DNA of 52,784 nucleotides from Perkinsus olseni (Eukaryota): NCBI GenBank assembly GCA_013115125.1, contig JABANN010000212.1, positions 1 to 52,784 of the forward strand, read 5' to 3'. Shown piece by piece: positions 33,618 to 51,421 of this stretch (position 1 is its first letter; each line of letters starts with the position of its first letter). The notes under the pieces were generated by a model. It saw only the letters and a program-made list of their open reading frames with translations, ran no database searches and was not told where the DNA came from. The position numbers and the translations under genes were made by a program.

Positions 33618-35689
33618 ATGAGTAATACCAATACGACAGGAGAGGACCCCAACAGGCCTGGTAAGGGTGGGGGTGGGTGGTAGTGGTAATGATTGACTAT
33701 TGGCAGGCAATGGGGAGCATCCGGAGAACCCTCTGTTGGTCTACAACGTTAACAGGCCCGGCGCGGTCCGTGGGAGGCCTAGTGGAGCTCCACCTGAGGG
33801 TCATCCTGCCCCTCCACCGCCGCCTCCGCAGGGATCAGCGGCCACCGGGAATGTCTTCCATTTTGGGCAGCCTCAACAGCCACAGCAACAACAGCCGCCG
33901 TTCAACGGACCGACACAGCAGCAGACCCCCGATGTGGCTTCTCAGGTAGTAGCGATTGGGAGTATCTTGAAGGTCACTATGGTAAGACAGATCCGAGATC
34001 GGCTTCGGGCAGCGTTCGGGTTCGACCATCACCACACCACAGGGCAGGGCCATCACGACGACTGGCACTGGACGGGCTGGGACTGCGGACGGTCTACTAA
34101 GACTGCCATCTGGTCCACTGTGGGCTTGCTGATCCTCTTCGTCATCTTCTGGGTCTTCTTCACCGCAACTTTGGAGGTAATAGTACTTACCTCTACCCAC
34201 CCTGTATGATTCATCAGCGCCTCGCCATCTAGGTTAATGAGGTTGGCATTCTGCGTAACATGATAACAGGGTCGGTACCCGAGGAGGGGGGTGTCTATCG
34301 AGGAGGGCGCCATGTGGTAGGGCATCCTGCTGTCTTTCGCTCTGCTCAGCAGTCTCTGGGCAGGTATGGCCCTTCCAAACCTTTGTTAAGTTCCCAGCTA
34401 CCTACACGACTATCGATTTCACTGGACCATTGGCGGTCAATACGAGTAAGGCGGGCTCTGCTGATCGTTGGGGACGCTGTCGTGTCAGGGACGGGTGCGG
34501 ACAAGTCGGATCCGGACAGTGGTGGACAGCCTATCACCATCTCCTGTTCGCTACAGTAGGGCAAGTGGGACTCGCTGGGAAGGGCATCCGCGAAAATCTG
34601 ATGCGAAAACTGTATAGTTTTCTCCACGAATTTTTCTGTCCTCGCGTACCTCCTGAGCTGTGGCTTGGGCAGCGGCGGTCACCGGCAGACCTTTCGATTT
34701 TGTAGGTTCCAATTCGATCTGGAATATCTTCACGACGTCTATGTGTCCCTCGGTGGCCTCGAGCCTGCCATGATACGATACCGTCTGTTGGCTCGGAATG
34801 CCGTATCTAATACGGCCCAGAGGTAGTATTGGGGAGTCCTGGTGAAAAGGGAGGTGTGGGATTTCAGGTTCGTGCCACAGGACTTCTGGCAGGATCGTAA
34901 GAAGATATCTGATACAATGGAGGGTGTTCTGAACAGGACCTTCATTAGTCAAGGAGGGGGCAGCAAAATCCGTTTCTTCCAGGTAGGCGGAGGTCCCGGG
35001 TTCGATTCCCGGGCCAGGCGTTTTGCTGCTGAGACTAAACTCAGATCCTCCGTACAGACTTCGTGCCGAGCTATGAGGATACTATCACCCGGATCCAGGT
35101 AGGCCACGCCTCATCGATCTCGGAGTTCCTCGCCAGCTTCCTTTCTTAGGTTGCCGAGCAGCAGAAGGTTATTAATGAGTATGCGCAGGAGGTGGCTGTT
35201 GTCAGCCAGAGTATCGAGGTCCTGCTGGCTCAGAATCAGGTAGTTGGGAGTTGGGGAAGGTGTGGTATTCAACGCGATACTCCTCTTGGCGAGGGGGATC
35301 GCGTCTTGAGGAGGGCAAGACAAATGGTTTTGGATGAATATCGGAGGGGCCGGTATCGGTCTCGCATCAGGCCCGCATCGCAAATATCACAGCCACTGGT
35401 GAGGCTAAGGCGAGAGTCATCATTGCAGAGGCCGCGCAGGAGGCCTTCAGGATGAAGCAGGCCACCAAGGCAGCAGCGTAATGGCTTCGGGAGGATATTC
35501 TTTATAGTGCGCAAGGCGTATCTTGCTAGGTATCAGCATCTATCGGATCAACTGCAGTTAGAGTCGACGGAGTTCTCGAAGTATCTTGAGTTGAAGAGTG
35601 CAACTGGCACGAGACGTGGTGGCTCTGTGGTGATGGGTCTGGGCTCATCTCCAGTGCAGCATCAACCGTCCCCTCATGACGAGCTGTGA
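33618..35689 (+). CDS. SPFH/Band 7 membrane protein with Pro/Gln-rich N-terminus and C-terminal HDEL, multi-exon
   Basis: TM TAIWSTVGLLILFVIFWVFF, then VNEVGILRNMITG...WPFQTFVKFP, GQPITISCSLQ|FQF, RNAVSNTAQ|..QDFWQDRKKIS and a coiled AEA-rich tail; ends PHDEL*. Confidence 0.8.
34983..35020 (+). other. Isolated tRNA 3' half (Arg/Lys-like) forming the 5' part of intron 34983-35044
   Basis: GTA GGCGG AGGTC CCGGG TTCGATT CCCGG GCCAGGC G followed by TTTT; perfect T-stem; exons join FFQ|ILR in frame. Confidence 0.8.
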
Positions 35690-35836
35690 AGCCCCTTGTC
35701 TGGCCCACCATCGGGTATCACCATTTGTTCAATTATCGTTCAAGTTTCTCTTATCCAACCGAAGCTTGTTGTTGCCGCAGTGGTCCCTCTCCTTTTTACG
35801 CAAGCCTTGGGCAGTTGATTATCATTCCACCTTGAA

Positions 35837-37587
35837 ATGAATAATATTCAGAAGTTAGTATTGTGGTCGCCCTTAGTGATAGTGGCTATAGTGGTACGTG
35901 AAGGACGCCGCTCCGGGCTGCTGATGTTCTTCCGCCCTCTCAGCTGCTGGCTTTGTCCTTCTCAAGAGTGCCAGCAACGGAGATTGGTGTTAAGTATGAT
36001 AATCTGTTCAAGCATGTAGCATCGAAGCCTTATGCAGAGTCAGGGCTGTACACAATTGGACCATTTGCCTATTTTGTAAGCGAAAGGTCCCCGGTTCGAT
36101 CCCCGGCAGCGGCATGTTTTGCAGGTATATTACCCGAAGACTGTGAGGACAATTGAGTTCTCCACATCAGACTATGATGTACTTCACGCCAGAACTAGCG
36201 ATGGCCTACCGCTTGTTCTTGGAGTGGCTTTCCAGTAATACGGCGGGAAAGACGTGGCAAGATTATGAAAATCTGTGGACGTGAAAATAATATAGAAATC
36301 TATGTGAATGGAAATAATGTAGAATTTCCACAGATGAAAGCATGGATAAACTACGGATAAGATATATATTCTTTTAATAGTAAACTATGTCGCACCGCCC
36401 TTCCGCACTACATAGTGGACAGTTGAATTTCCCGACGCTTCGCCGAGGGCGGGTCGTGACGGTATAGACTTTTCGTTGCTGCTGTCAAAGGTACCAGCTA
36501 ATCCCAGACGAGGCTGTGGACCTGTATATGGAGTTGGGCGAGGATTTCGAGAAGACCTTCAAGCTGGTGGCGAATCACCTGGCCACAGAGTAGGCCCTGG
36601 CATCACTGCCGGTCCGCTCGGAAGGTCCTCTATTGTAGGTATGCTACTCAGTTTAGTGCCTATCAATTTTTCAACAGTAAAGAGATGATTGCTAGAGGGA
36701 TGATGGCGTATCTTGATAACCGCTTCAGGGTGAGTATGTCGTTCTACCCGCTGCTTTATGACCGTTGAGGGTGGAAAGTGTAATGATGATGTTTTCAGGA
36801 GAACTTCCACGCCTCTATCCAAGGCCTTCAGATTAATGAAGATCAGTTGCCCGATGAGTTCTACAACTCTGTCCTCACGGCCGCTAATACTAAACAGAAT
36901 ATTACTCGTAATTATGGGGGCGTTTGAGATGTCTTTTACCTCGGCCGGAAAAGGAAAAGTTTTTTTACCGATTTTTTGGTACTTCCCAGGGAAGTTGCGT
37001 AGGGTCCTACTAACCATCATTTCGAGCGGAGTTCACTCAAACTGATAGCACTCGCACTCTTAGTGTGGTACTGAGAAGTTTTCGTATAGCAGGGCAATCG
37101 TTTTCTCAACTGCAGTAAAAGGATGTCTCCATCATAGGTAACGTCAACTTGCGTGATGCTGCCAAGGTTGGTATGGCCACCGATCGTATAGTCGCAGCAG
37201 CCCAGGCCAATGCCACCGTATCGAGGGCGCAGGGACAGGCTATGAAGACGGTAATAGAGACAGTCCTTGAGAGGCGTCAGGTGGTGTCTTTCAGCTACAA
37301 GAAGGGCAAGCTGCGGCCGCTGTCCTCCAGCAGTACATCTCTGCCGAAGCCAAAGCCTTCACGGAGGTCAAGTCATCACTGGCGCTCAACAACACGGAAT
37401 TACTGCAGTACATTTGGTAAGGGGAGAGGTGGTAGGCCTAGGGGAGGGGCGAGTGTCATCGTGTAGGTACGATGCCTTGCAAGGGGGTGGAGTCCAGCCC
37501 AATGATGATCTCGTGGGCCAAGTACTGGTTGGGGTCGATCCTAGTGTCTATCTCAATGGTGGCAGCACTGCACCTAGGTCGTCATAA
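35837..37587 (+). CDS. SPFH/Band 7 membrane protein (second, divergent paralog), multi-exon
   Basis: N-terminal TM, SRVPATEIGVKYD, GLYTIGPFAYF|VYYP, ARTSDGLPLVLGVAFQ|YQL, FSAYQFFNSK and AAAQANATVSRAQGQA. Confidence 0.85.
36076..36114 (+). other. Isolated tRNA-Thr-like 3' half making up 39 of the 49 nt of intron 36076-36124
   Basis: GTAA GCGAA AGGTC CCCGG TTCGATC CCCGG CAGCGGC A matches tRNA positions 35-73 at exact spacing; exons join AYF|VYY in frame. Confidence 0.85.
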
Positions 37588-37715
37588 TGTTACTACTATT
37601 ACTACCACCATTCAACTGATGCTGATTTTGTTTTCCCTCTGGCGAGGCTTTGCGTTTAGTATCTTCCTGCGGGGCGATGTGTCGCGTGGTACACAGGCCC
37701 GTTTGAGCCTTCGGA

Positions 37716-44075
<6,360 letters not shown>

Positions 44076-44286
44076 TGATAGTAATTAGCTTGCCCACTTA
44101 CGTACATGCCGTTTCATTCTGTATCATCATCACCATCCTATCACTGTACGAGTATCTTGTTATTCTTATCCGACTAGGGTCAACCTCCCGTTCCAATTAC
44201 CACTGCATTATAGCACCCACAGTAGCAGTGGCAGCAGCCGTTGGCGTTGTAGTGGATCTACAGGGGGCAGCAGGTGCTTGCTTTTC

Positions 44287-47200
44287 ATGACGGTACCATC
44301 AGCAGCAGCAATGACAGCGCCCGAGACACATTTCTACGGTGAAGAGGAGGGCGACCCTACCAAGCGCTTGAACGCGGTGAGCTCAGGCCACGGGCTTGAG
44401 TGGGGCTGGTGGTCTACACCCTATCGTAGGTATTGGACGGCCATGAGTACGAGTCACAGAGCGAGGCTCCTAGCGAAGCGGAGGTCCCACTGGAGGTGCT
44501 TCCTCAAAGGCTCGGGGTAAGATTGTTAAGAACTACCATTGCGGTCGCCGGTACCGCCCTTGGATTAACTATTGGGGATGGTATGATGAGACTGGAATTC
44601 TATTTCCTAGCTGACGCGTCCTCCTTCCAGATGAGTCAGGCTGAGCACTGTAGATGGTGCACTCAATCTGAGCGTCTCGTGCTGGTAGCGATGTGCTCTG
44701 CGATTCACGACTATTATAGGGACCCTATAATAGGGTTCTTGACGATAGGGAGAGCTGTCGCAGTCTTTAGATTGGGATCAAACTCGTTCGAATTGGCCAA
44801 AGAACGATGCACGCAGTGTTACTGTGAAGCGCGGCTCGTGTGCTTGTGACTCTTGGATGGCGCGAAGAACACTTGCGGCTCCCCAAGGTTTGTTTGGTCA
44901 GGCACTCGATGAGGCAGAGCTCAGGCAGCTTCTACTCAAATTACCTCGGAGGAAGGAGATAACAGCAGCCTGCCAGTCCAGGTGCTTCCGGGTCTCTCCT
45001 ACTTGAAAGATCCCTCCTGACTTGTGATACCCTTCAGAATCGACGTTAACTCGGAGGCTATGTCGACCGAGGCCGAGTGTGTCGACGACCAGTACCGAGA
45101 TCGAGTCCTGCAGAAGGCGGAGGCTGATTGGGATCTTGGTGAGCCAACTGGTGGGCAGGACTGTTGAGTGGGGACTCGAGACGACGCGCAGGAATTTGCG
45201 TTGAACTATCGCCAAGGGCCGATTCTGTGGATGCATGGGTTCAACTTAAGATACCAACGCCCTAGCATACCTCGCTATACATCGGACGGTGGTGCCGACA
45301 GCTCGTGCCGGATTAGATCTGCTTCGCTCCGCCTCATCGAGCCACCTTCTACCGTCAGCTCCCCAACACACCGCCCAAGGCTCCTATGCTGAACTCAGTC
45401 GATACGTACCCGTCAGGTAAGCCCCTCTTCTCGGCATCATCATCCTTTCGATCTGCTCCGATAAGATTCAAATTCGGCTGGCTGCCTTGCTGCAGTTCTC
45501 TCCTATGGCCCGTGTCTCTCAGGCTTTCGCACGACGACCGTAAATTGTTGAACCTCCTCGAAAGGGCCCTCAACGTCAGCGAGTATACGGACAGAGTGGA
45601 CGTCTACACCCTTCGACAAGAGAAGGACAATCTCATCATTGACCAGCTGGATGAGGTAGGCCGGGCCGTGTTCAGGAGCGCTTCTGGGCCACCGAACCCT
45701 CAGGCGTGCTCTATCCTTTCGGGAATGTCCGTGGCATCTCACCAGCGACCACCGGCTGACTTCGACCATTGGTATCAAAGAGTCTTCGAGGTAGGGACTA
45801 AGCACAGCGGGCGGCCTGTCCTCCTCGACTATGGTCTTTAGGTTGGGAGGCGGTATAAGATGCTGAATCCTGAGAGATTCCGCGACAACGACGGGAAGCT
45901 GATGTAGGGCCAGTGAAGAACTGTTGAAGAGTATACTGCTTGGGTGTAGGTATATGCTGATGGACGCCAACAAGGTCCGAGACAGATTGCAGTTCGAGCT
46001 CATCAAACCAATCAAAACGGTTCGATCGGAATACGGGTAGGTCACGCGTATCTTTCATGGGCCAACCTGAGATATGTGAAACTCTGGGTGTTCTACACAC
46101 AGCGCTCCCCGCGAGTGTGGCTGAGTAGTCGGCGTCGGTGAGCTCTATTGTGAATCACTCCGTTCAGTGCTCTCGGGCAACCCCTGGAAGACCTCCTCCT
46201 GGACTCTCGACTACCACTAGCCGTCCACCCAGCGCATAACAAGGAGGAAGCTGAAGTTAGAACAGCGGCACGAGACGACATAGCGGCCAGGCACGGGGTA
46301 GGGCAGATACTACAGCGCTGTCTTCCTCCTGTCCGAAGGCAACTCCATGAACCGTCAATAGTCGAGCCGGCGTCCTCCATTTTTTCCCGAGAATAAACTT
46401 CATCTTGCTGTATTTTTGTTGTTACACATCTGTGATTGCCGTTCGCATTCACTATACCTGAATGTTTCTTTCCGCAAAGTGTCGTGGTCTTTTTATTTTG
46501 ATACGCGCCTTCGGATCAGGACAAGCTGAAGCCTGAAGACTTGAATGGCATCCTGGATTCCCTCGAGGAGTTTGAGGAGTTTCGGGAGCACTGCTCTCAG
46601 CCAGCCACCCGAATGAAGGAGTATCTTCAACATTACTTCTCTCCTATTGATGAGACTTGCGGAGCCGGTACGTCTATTGGATCACAGTAAGGTGCAGTTC
46701 GTTTGTCTTTCAGATGGTATACAATCTCGTCATTGCTCGCTGCGATTGCGCTACGGTGAGGGCGGAGCGAGGCTCTCCCACGATCATCGGCGGCAGTACC
46801 AGTACGTGCTGCAGAGCCTTACCTTATGGGATGAGGTCAGTCGGGAGCGTTCGTCATCTCTAACTGCTTCACAAGGCCCGTGTGTGCGAGTTTTGAGTCC
46901 ACCGCCGACAACACGGCTTAGTTAGACTAGCACCGGATGTTGGTCTCAGAGCGAGGCCATCGTCGGCCAGGGAATTTCCTTCCCGGCAGAATCACAGGGC
47001 TCGTGGTCAGGTACTGAAGAATCTAATTCAACTCTGGCATATGGTCGAGAATGACACGATCGTCAAACCCGCCGGTGGGTATCGCCTCGCAGACACTGGC
47101 CAAGGCCTCAATCGGTACGTGTTGCCTCTTCTCTTTGCTGCTTTCATTCCGCTGTTCAGGATACAGCAAGCCCCCTCGGTGTACCGTGCGATGAACCAGA

Positions 47201-47831
47201 TACTACATAGTGTTCAGCAGAAGTTGGGCGGGTGGACCGGCTCGAGTGTCGTCCACATGGGCGACCACAACGTCCCCAATGTACGAGTTTCCCTACCGGT
47301 CAGGCGTTGGTCAACTCTCTGCTATTCGTCAGGCGCTGATCTTCCTCGATAAATATTGTCAAATTCCCAGAATACTGTCCCCTGTGTGCCACTGTCTCGA
47401 TCGTTTAGAAGCGGAGTATCAAGCAAGGCCGAGCATCAGAAAGTGAGGACCGAGATCGCCCTTACTTCGAGATTTTACCGTTTTCGCATCAGTTACGTCG
47501 ATACTACCTTCGGTGGAGTTGATGAAGCAAAGCGAATAATTCTACAGGTAAATAGAGTACGGGATTCGTTCATACTGTGGAATTATTCAACCCCGATTTT
47601 CAGGACTTCTTCAAGCACGGTTTCGACGGCAGCGGTGCTGATAACTTCTTCGACGCTGGAAGCTGCATCGATGGGAGGTGGGTATGCCTGTCCGCGTCTG
47701 TTGTTCTCATGGCTGATCTTGTCAGGTTGACGTCAGCGTGGAACTGGTGCAGTCAAATCGAGAAAAAAGTTTACTTTCCCTTGTTCCTGCTCACCGGATT
47801 CACGGGCTTCGACGGCGAGGAGGGATGGTGA
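44287..47831 (+). CDS. UPF0652 / DUF2009 family protein, multi-exon
   Basis: ALNVSEYTDRVD, VGRRYKMLNPE, GARLSHDHRRQYQYVLQSLTLW, YRLADTGQGLNR, SSVVHMGDHNVPN, FFKHGFDGSGADNFFDAGSCIDG|RLTSAWNWCS and FLLTGFTGFDG. Confidence 0.88.
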
Positions 47832-48439
47832 TGTTTTCATTCGTACATATACTGCTCCACAATATCATTGTTGTGTTATAAGTCAACCGGAGATAACCGA
47901 TCTGTTCTATCTAGCCAACTGAACGAAGCTCAAAACAATTGACAACTCTCTCGCTGAACTGTCTCATGGCTCGACTAAACTCCAGCACTGCACTTCAGCA
48001 GAACGCATCTTGTCCGCCCCGCGCCACTTATAGGACTGGGGGCTCCATCATGGCACTGCCATTGCAAGTGATAGTTGATGCTAGTCTGTTGCGGACTCGG
48101 TAATGCACAGGACGTCAAAGAATAGGAAGTGACACCGAGTAGAAGGTTGAGACCGGGCCTCTGCCTTCGCACGCTGTTGTGAGTCTTTTCGACACCCTTT
48201 AAGGAGTGGGGCGTCGCGTCTGTGCAAGCTGAGTCTCCCCGATTTTGGTCTGACAGAATTCTCACGAATGAGAGAGAGACCACGGATTCCGAATTCTCGC
48301 GAATTCCGCGAATTCTTCGCGGGCCGCTGATGCCAATCTTCAGCCGCCAAGCTCGGGGTCCTGATGTATTTGTGAGACTTCTAGCTGCAACCCTTCTACG
48401 CCGGGTAGAACTGACATATTCTAGAACAAACTTATCATC

Positions 48440-48512
48440 GCCCTGCTGGCCCAATGGATAAGGCGCCACCCTCCTAAGGTGGAGATTCCGGGTTCGATCC
48501 CCGGGTAGGGTA
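48440..48512 (+). tRNA. tRNA-Arg(CCT)
   Basis: 73 nt; GCCCTGC/GTAGGGT acceptor; TGGCCCAATGGATAAGGC D-arm; CCACC-CTCCTAA-GGTGG anticodon arm; CCGGG-TTCGATC-CCCGG T-arm. Confidence 0.96.
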
Positions 48513-48883
48513 TTCGTAGTCCGGATGAATTTCACGACCACAACGGTATCGAGACGCGAAGCGTTCACTTATTCACGCAATCACGGGTTAGCACACTCAT
48601 ACCTGCATGTTGAATTTCATGTCACCCGATGCACTAGGTTGGTACCAGCGCACGCACCTTAACTACCCTACGTCGGAAATTTACTTTATCCTAGTCTTTT
48701 TGGTGGCACCGAGGAATTGCGAGCTTCTTGGTTGGCTGCCAACCTTTGGAACTGCCAACTTGGCGGCCTTTTGGGACAGAAGTTCCGTCTTTCAGCGTAG
48801 TTGCGCTGAGTATCACTCTAAGAGTGACACTCTTGGAGGAGGCTTCAATCCATGTTAGGTCAACTTTTCGCCGGTATCGTGTA

Positions 48884-49744
48884 ATGGTCTTCCAGCTCCC
48901 TCATCATTTCGAGGCTCTCCGCTGCATGGCCATCGAGAAGCTGTGGGATGGCCATCACGCCCGGGAGCCGATGCATGACCTCATGGGTGATATCATGGGG
49001 TATTGTAGGAAGCCTGAGCTCAGCTTGGATTGCCCCCGTGAAGAGATACTCACCAAGTTGTCTTTTTCGGTAGACTTCATGTTCACCGACAACGACACCG
49101 TGTATGGTGTTCAGAAGGTCGCGTCGAAAATCATGCTATACAGGGTTTCTGAAACTTCTACAACCACGATGGCGACTCTGTGTACTGATGCTCGCGAAGG
49201 GAAAGCTTGGGCCTGTTACTTCGACGCTAACTTTCGCAAGCTGTATGTATTGTACGGGAATGGAGGTTCGCTGCTGCAGCACGATATGGATGGTGGGAAG
49301 ACGGAAGAGCCTCTCGTGATTGGTCAATTGCCACTATCCGAATCTACGCTGATCGGTGTGATTTTCAGCGGTGGTTCGCTCTATGTTGGAATGGAAAAAT
49401 TCACATACCGCCAATATCTGCATTGCCGCCGGAAAGAAACCGTCGGAGTAAGTGTTTACTCAGTACAGTTTGTCCCGAAAGAGGAAGCTCGCCTAGTCTA
49501 TACCATACCCAAGCAGAACGACGACATAAGTTTCTCTTTCATTGGTTTTGCTCGGGTGCCCGGTTCCTCCGAAGCTGTTGACATTCGATACAAGTCCAAC
49601 TTCAAGTGGCACTCAGCTAGGATCAGCGTGATCAGAGCAAGTGAGCCGAGGCTGTTCAGCACCAGGATGGATGAAGCTGTGGAGTCTCAAGGGATCCAAG
49701 GCTCCCTCGTCAGGCATACGCCAGGGATGGACCATTTCCTCTGA
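48884..49744 (+). CDS. Lineage-specific hypothetical protein, intronless, C-terminally truncated paralog of 51422-52387
   Basis: Starts MVFQLPHHFEALRCM; closely similar to the downstream ORF but stops after DHFL. Confidence 0.7.
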   Translation: MVFQLPHHFEALRCMAIEKLWDGHHAREPMHDLMGDIMGYCRKPELSLDCPREEILTKLSFSVDFMFTDNDTVYGVQKVASKIMLYRVSETSTTTMATLCTDAREGKAWACYFDANFRKLYVLYGNGGSLLQHDMDGGKTEEPLVIGQLPLSESTLIGVIFSGGSLYVGMEKFTYRQYLHCRRKETVGVSVYSVQFVPKEEARLVYTIPKQNDDISFSFIGFARVPGSSEAVDIRYKSNFKWHSARISVIRASEPRLFSTRMDEAVESQGIQGSLVRHTPGMDHFL

Positions 49745-51421
49745 AAGAATATTTTTACATACCCGACGATGTTACGGAGCCACGGTATTCGAGGAAGTAT
49801 TATCCTAGCAAGTGGTAAGCTCCGAGGTCCTACATACTGTGAGTGTTCAAGATACTGTGTTGTGCTGATGGTGATGGTCAACAGTCAGTTGCACTGGCCC
49901 AGTTATCATAATTAACGGGCCATTTTTTCACGACGGGGCTTAAGCGACACCATTCAGCTCAGCACGTCGGTGGCGTGCGGCGTCGAGCTGCTTCATCTTG
50001 CTGGTGTGGCCCCATTACACCGGCACCAATGCGTGAAGCGGCTTATCTAAGCAGTAGCTGTTAAACCAAGAGAACGCTGCACTCCCAAGCAGATCTTGCT
50101 ATTCCAAGCTCGCCACACACATGGGGGATATGCCAAGCAAGATTAACGGCTTCGCTAGCGGAGCGAAGAGTAAATGCATTCCTCGAACAACATCCTACAT
50201 CCCCTAGTAGTATGGCACAACTCGCATGGCTTGAACTAAGCGTTTTGAGATTCGAAAAGAGCAATACGCCGCTTCAGCTACTCACGAAGCACGGATTGCG
50301 TAGGGCACAACGGCGAACCACGTTCAGGCTGACGCCGTCATATTCTGAGTACGAGCAAGCTGTACCCTGGGGGAAGACCGTTCGGCCTCTGTGAGTTCGA
50401 AGATCTGAGGGGCCTCTGTGAGGACCGTTACACACTACCGAGAAAGATTTAACTAGACGAAGAGGATCCATGAGGATTTGTAGGAGGAGGAGGAGGAGGA
50501 GGGCGCTTTCCCCTCACAGATCACGTCACAGCCTATGAGCAGCCTCACACCGAATGATACTAGGACTTGTAAGATCGTTCGGTGTGACGTTTGCAAATGC
50601 GCATCGAGATAACTTTATCTCTCTACTCTCTACCACCACCGCCATCGTGATATCAGGTTTAGTCTCCGAGGCCACACTTGAAATCCAAGATCCTACTGGC
50701 GACTCAGTGAGTCAGACTCACCACCTAGTCCCATTCATCAGGCTTCTGAGACCAATATCGCCTCCCTTGCAACTCTTGTCTAAGACGACCGTCGCAGCGT
50801 CTATCCACAACTGAACCGAAGCCTCGACGGAATCGAGGGCCGGGGCCAAAGCCAAGCCGGGTGTATGGGTCCTCCCCCGCGCCCGGAAGGAGATCCAATC
50901 GGTTGCAGATAGCGATCATTCACAAGTACTCCACCGAAGAACGAAAGAGTAAAGATAGCCTCGTGTTCCCGAAGAAACCAAATCTAACCCCAATTCTGTG
51001 AATTCATTCTCCGAAGTTTAGAGGGGTCGCGAGCGAAAAAATCTAACAAGTAGGCTTTCCGTCTAGAATCTCTATTAAAGAAATGAAACGAAAACGCAAA
51101 GGGCTTCCAGAGGCGAAGATCAGATGAAAGGAAGGCATAGCCTCCTAGGAGACAAGGCCCCTTTAATTTTCTCGCGCAACCACGATTCAGACGCCGAGTA
51201 GCTGGTGCAGGACTATTGTCTAGCTTGCTATAGGGCCCAACGGCCTGTCCCACAGCTTGTGTCCTATCCGGACACAAGAGGGAGGGCGTCGCCTCGCTCT
51301 TCGTTTTACCCACGTCGAACCCTGCGGGTTTAACTCAGAAGAGGTCTATCCCTCGGCGGCGTTGCGCGGAGTTTCACTCTTCGAGGCGCTTCAACCTATG
51401 TCAGGTCAGTGTTCGGCAGTA

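Noticed and set aside
34983-36200. Permuted or locally split tRNA genes (3' half followed by 5' half)
   Set aside because: No GCCTGGC- or GCCGCTG-starting 5' half with a D-arm was found next to either fragment.
46111-46140. Weak tRNA 5'-half-like string in a DUF2009 intron (GCGAGTGTGGCTGAGTAGTC)
   Set aside because: It lacks the invariant D-loop GG and an anticodon arm, so it is not distinguishable from chance.
50150-50501. Possible decayed 3' end of a non-LTR retrotransposon (LQLLTKHG, then an AGG run)
   Set aside because: Only one loose motif, with no RT or intact Cys/His knuckle; too weak to call.
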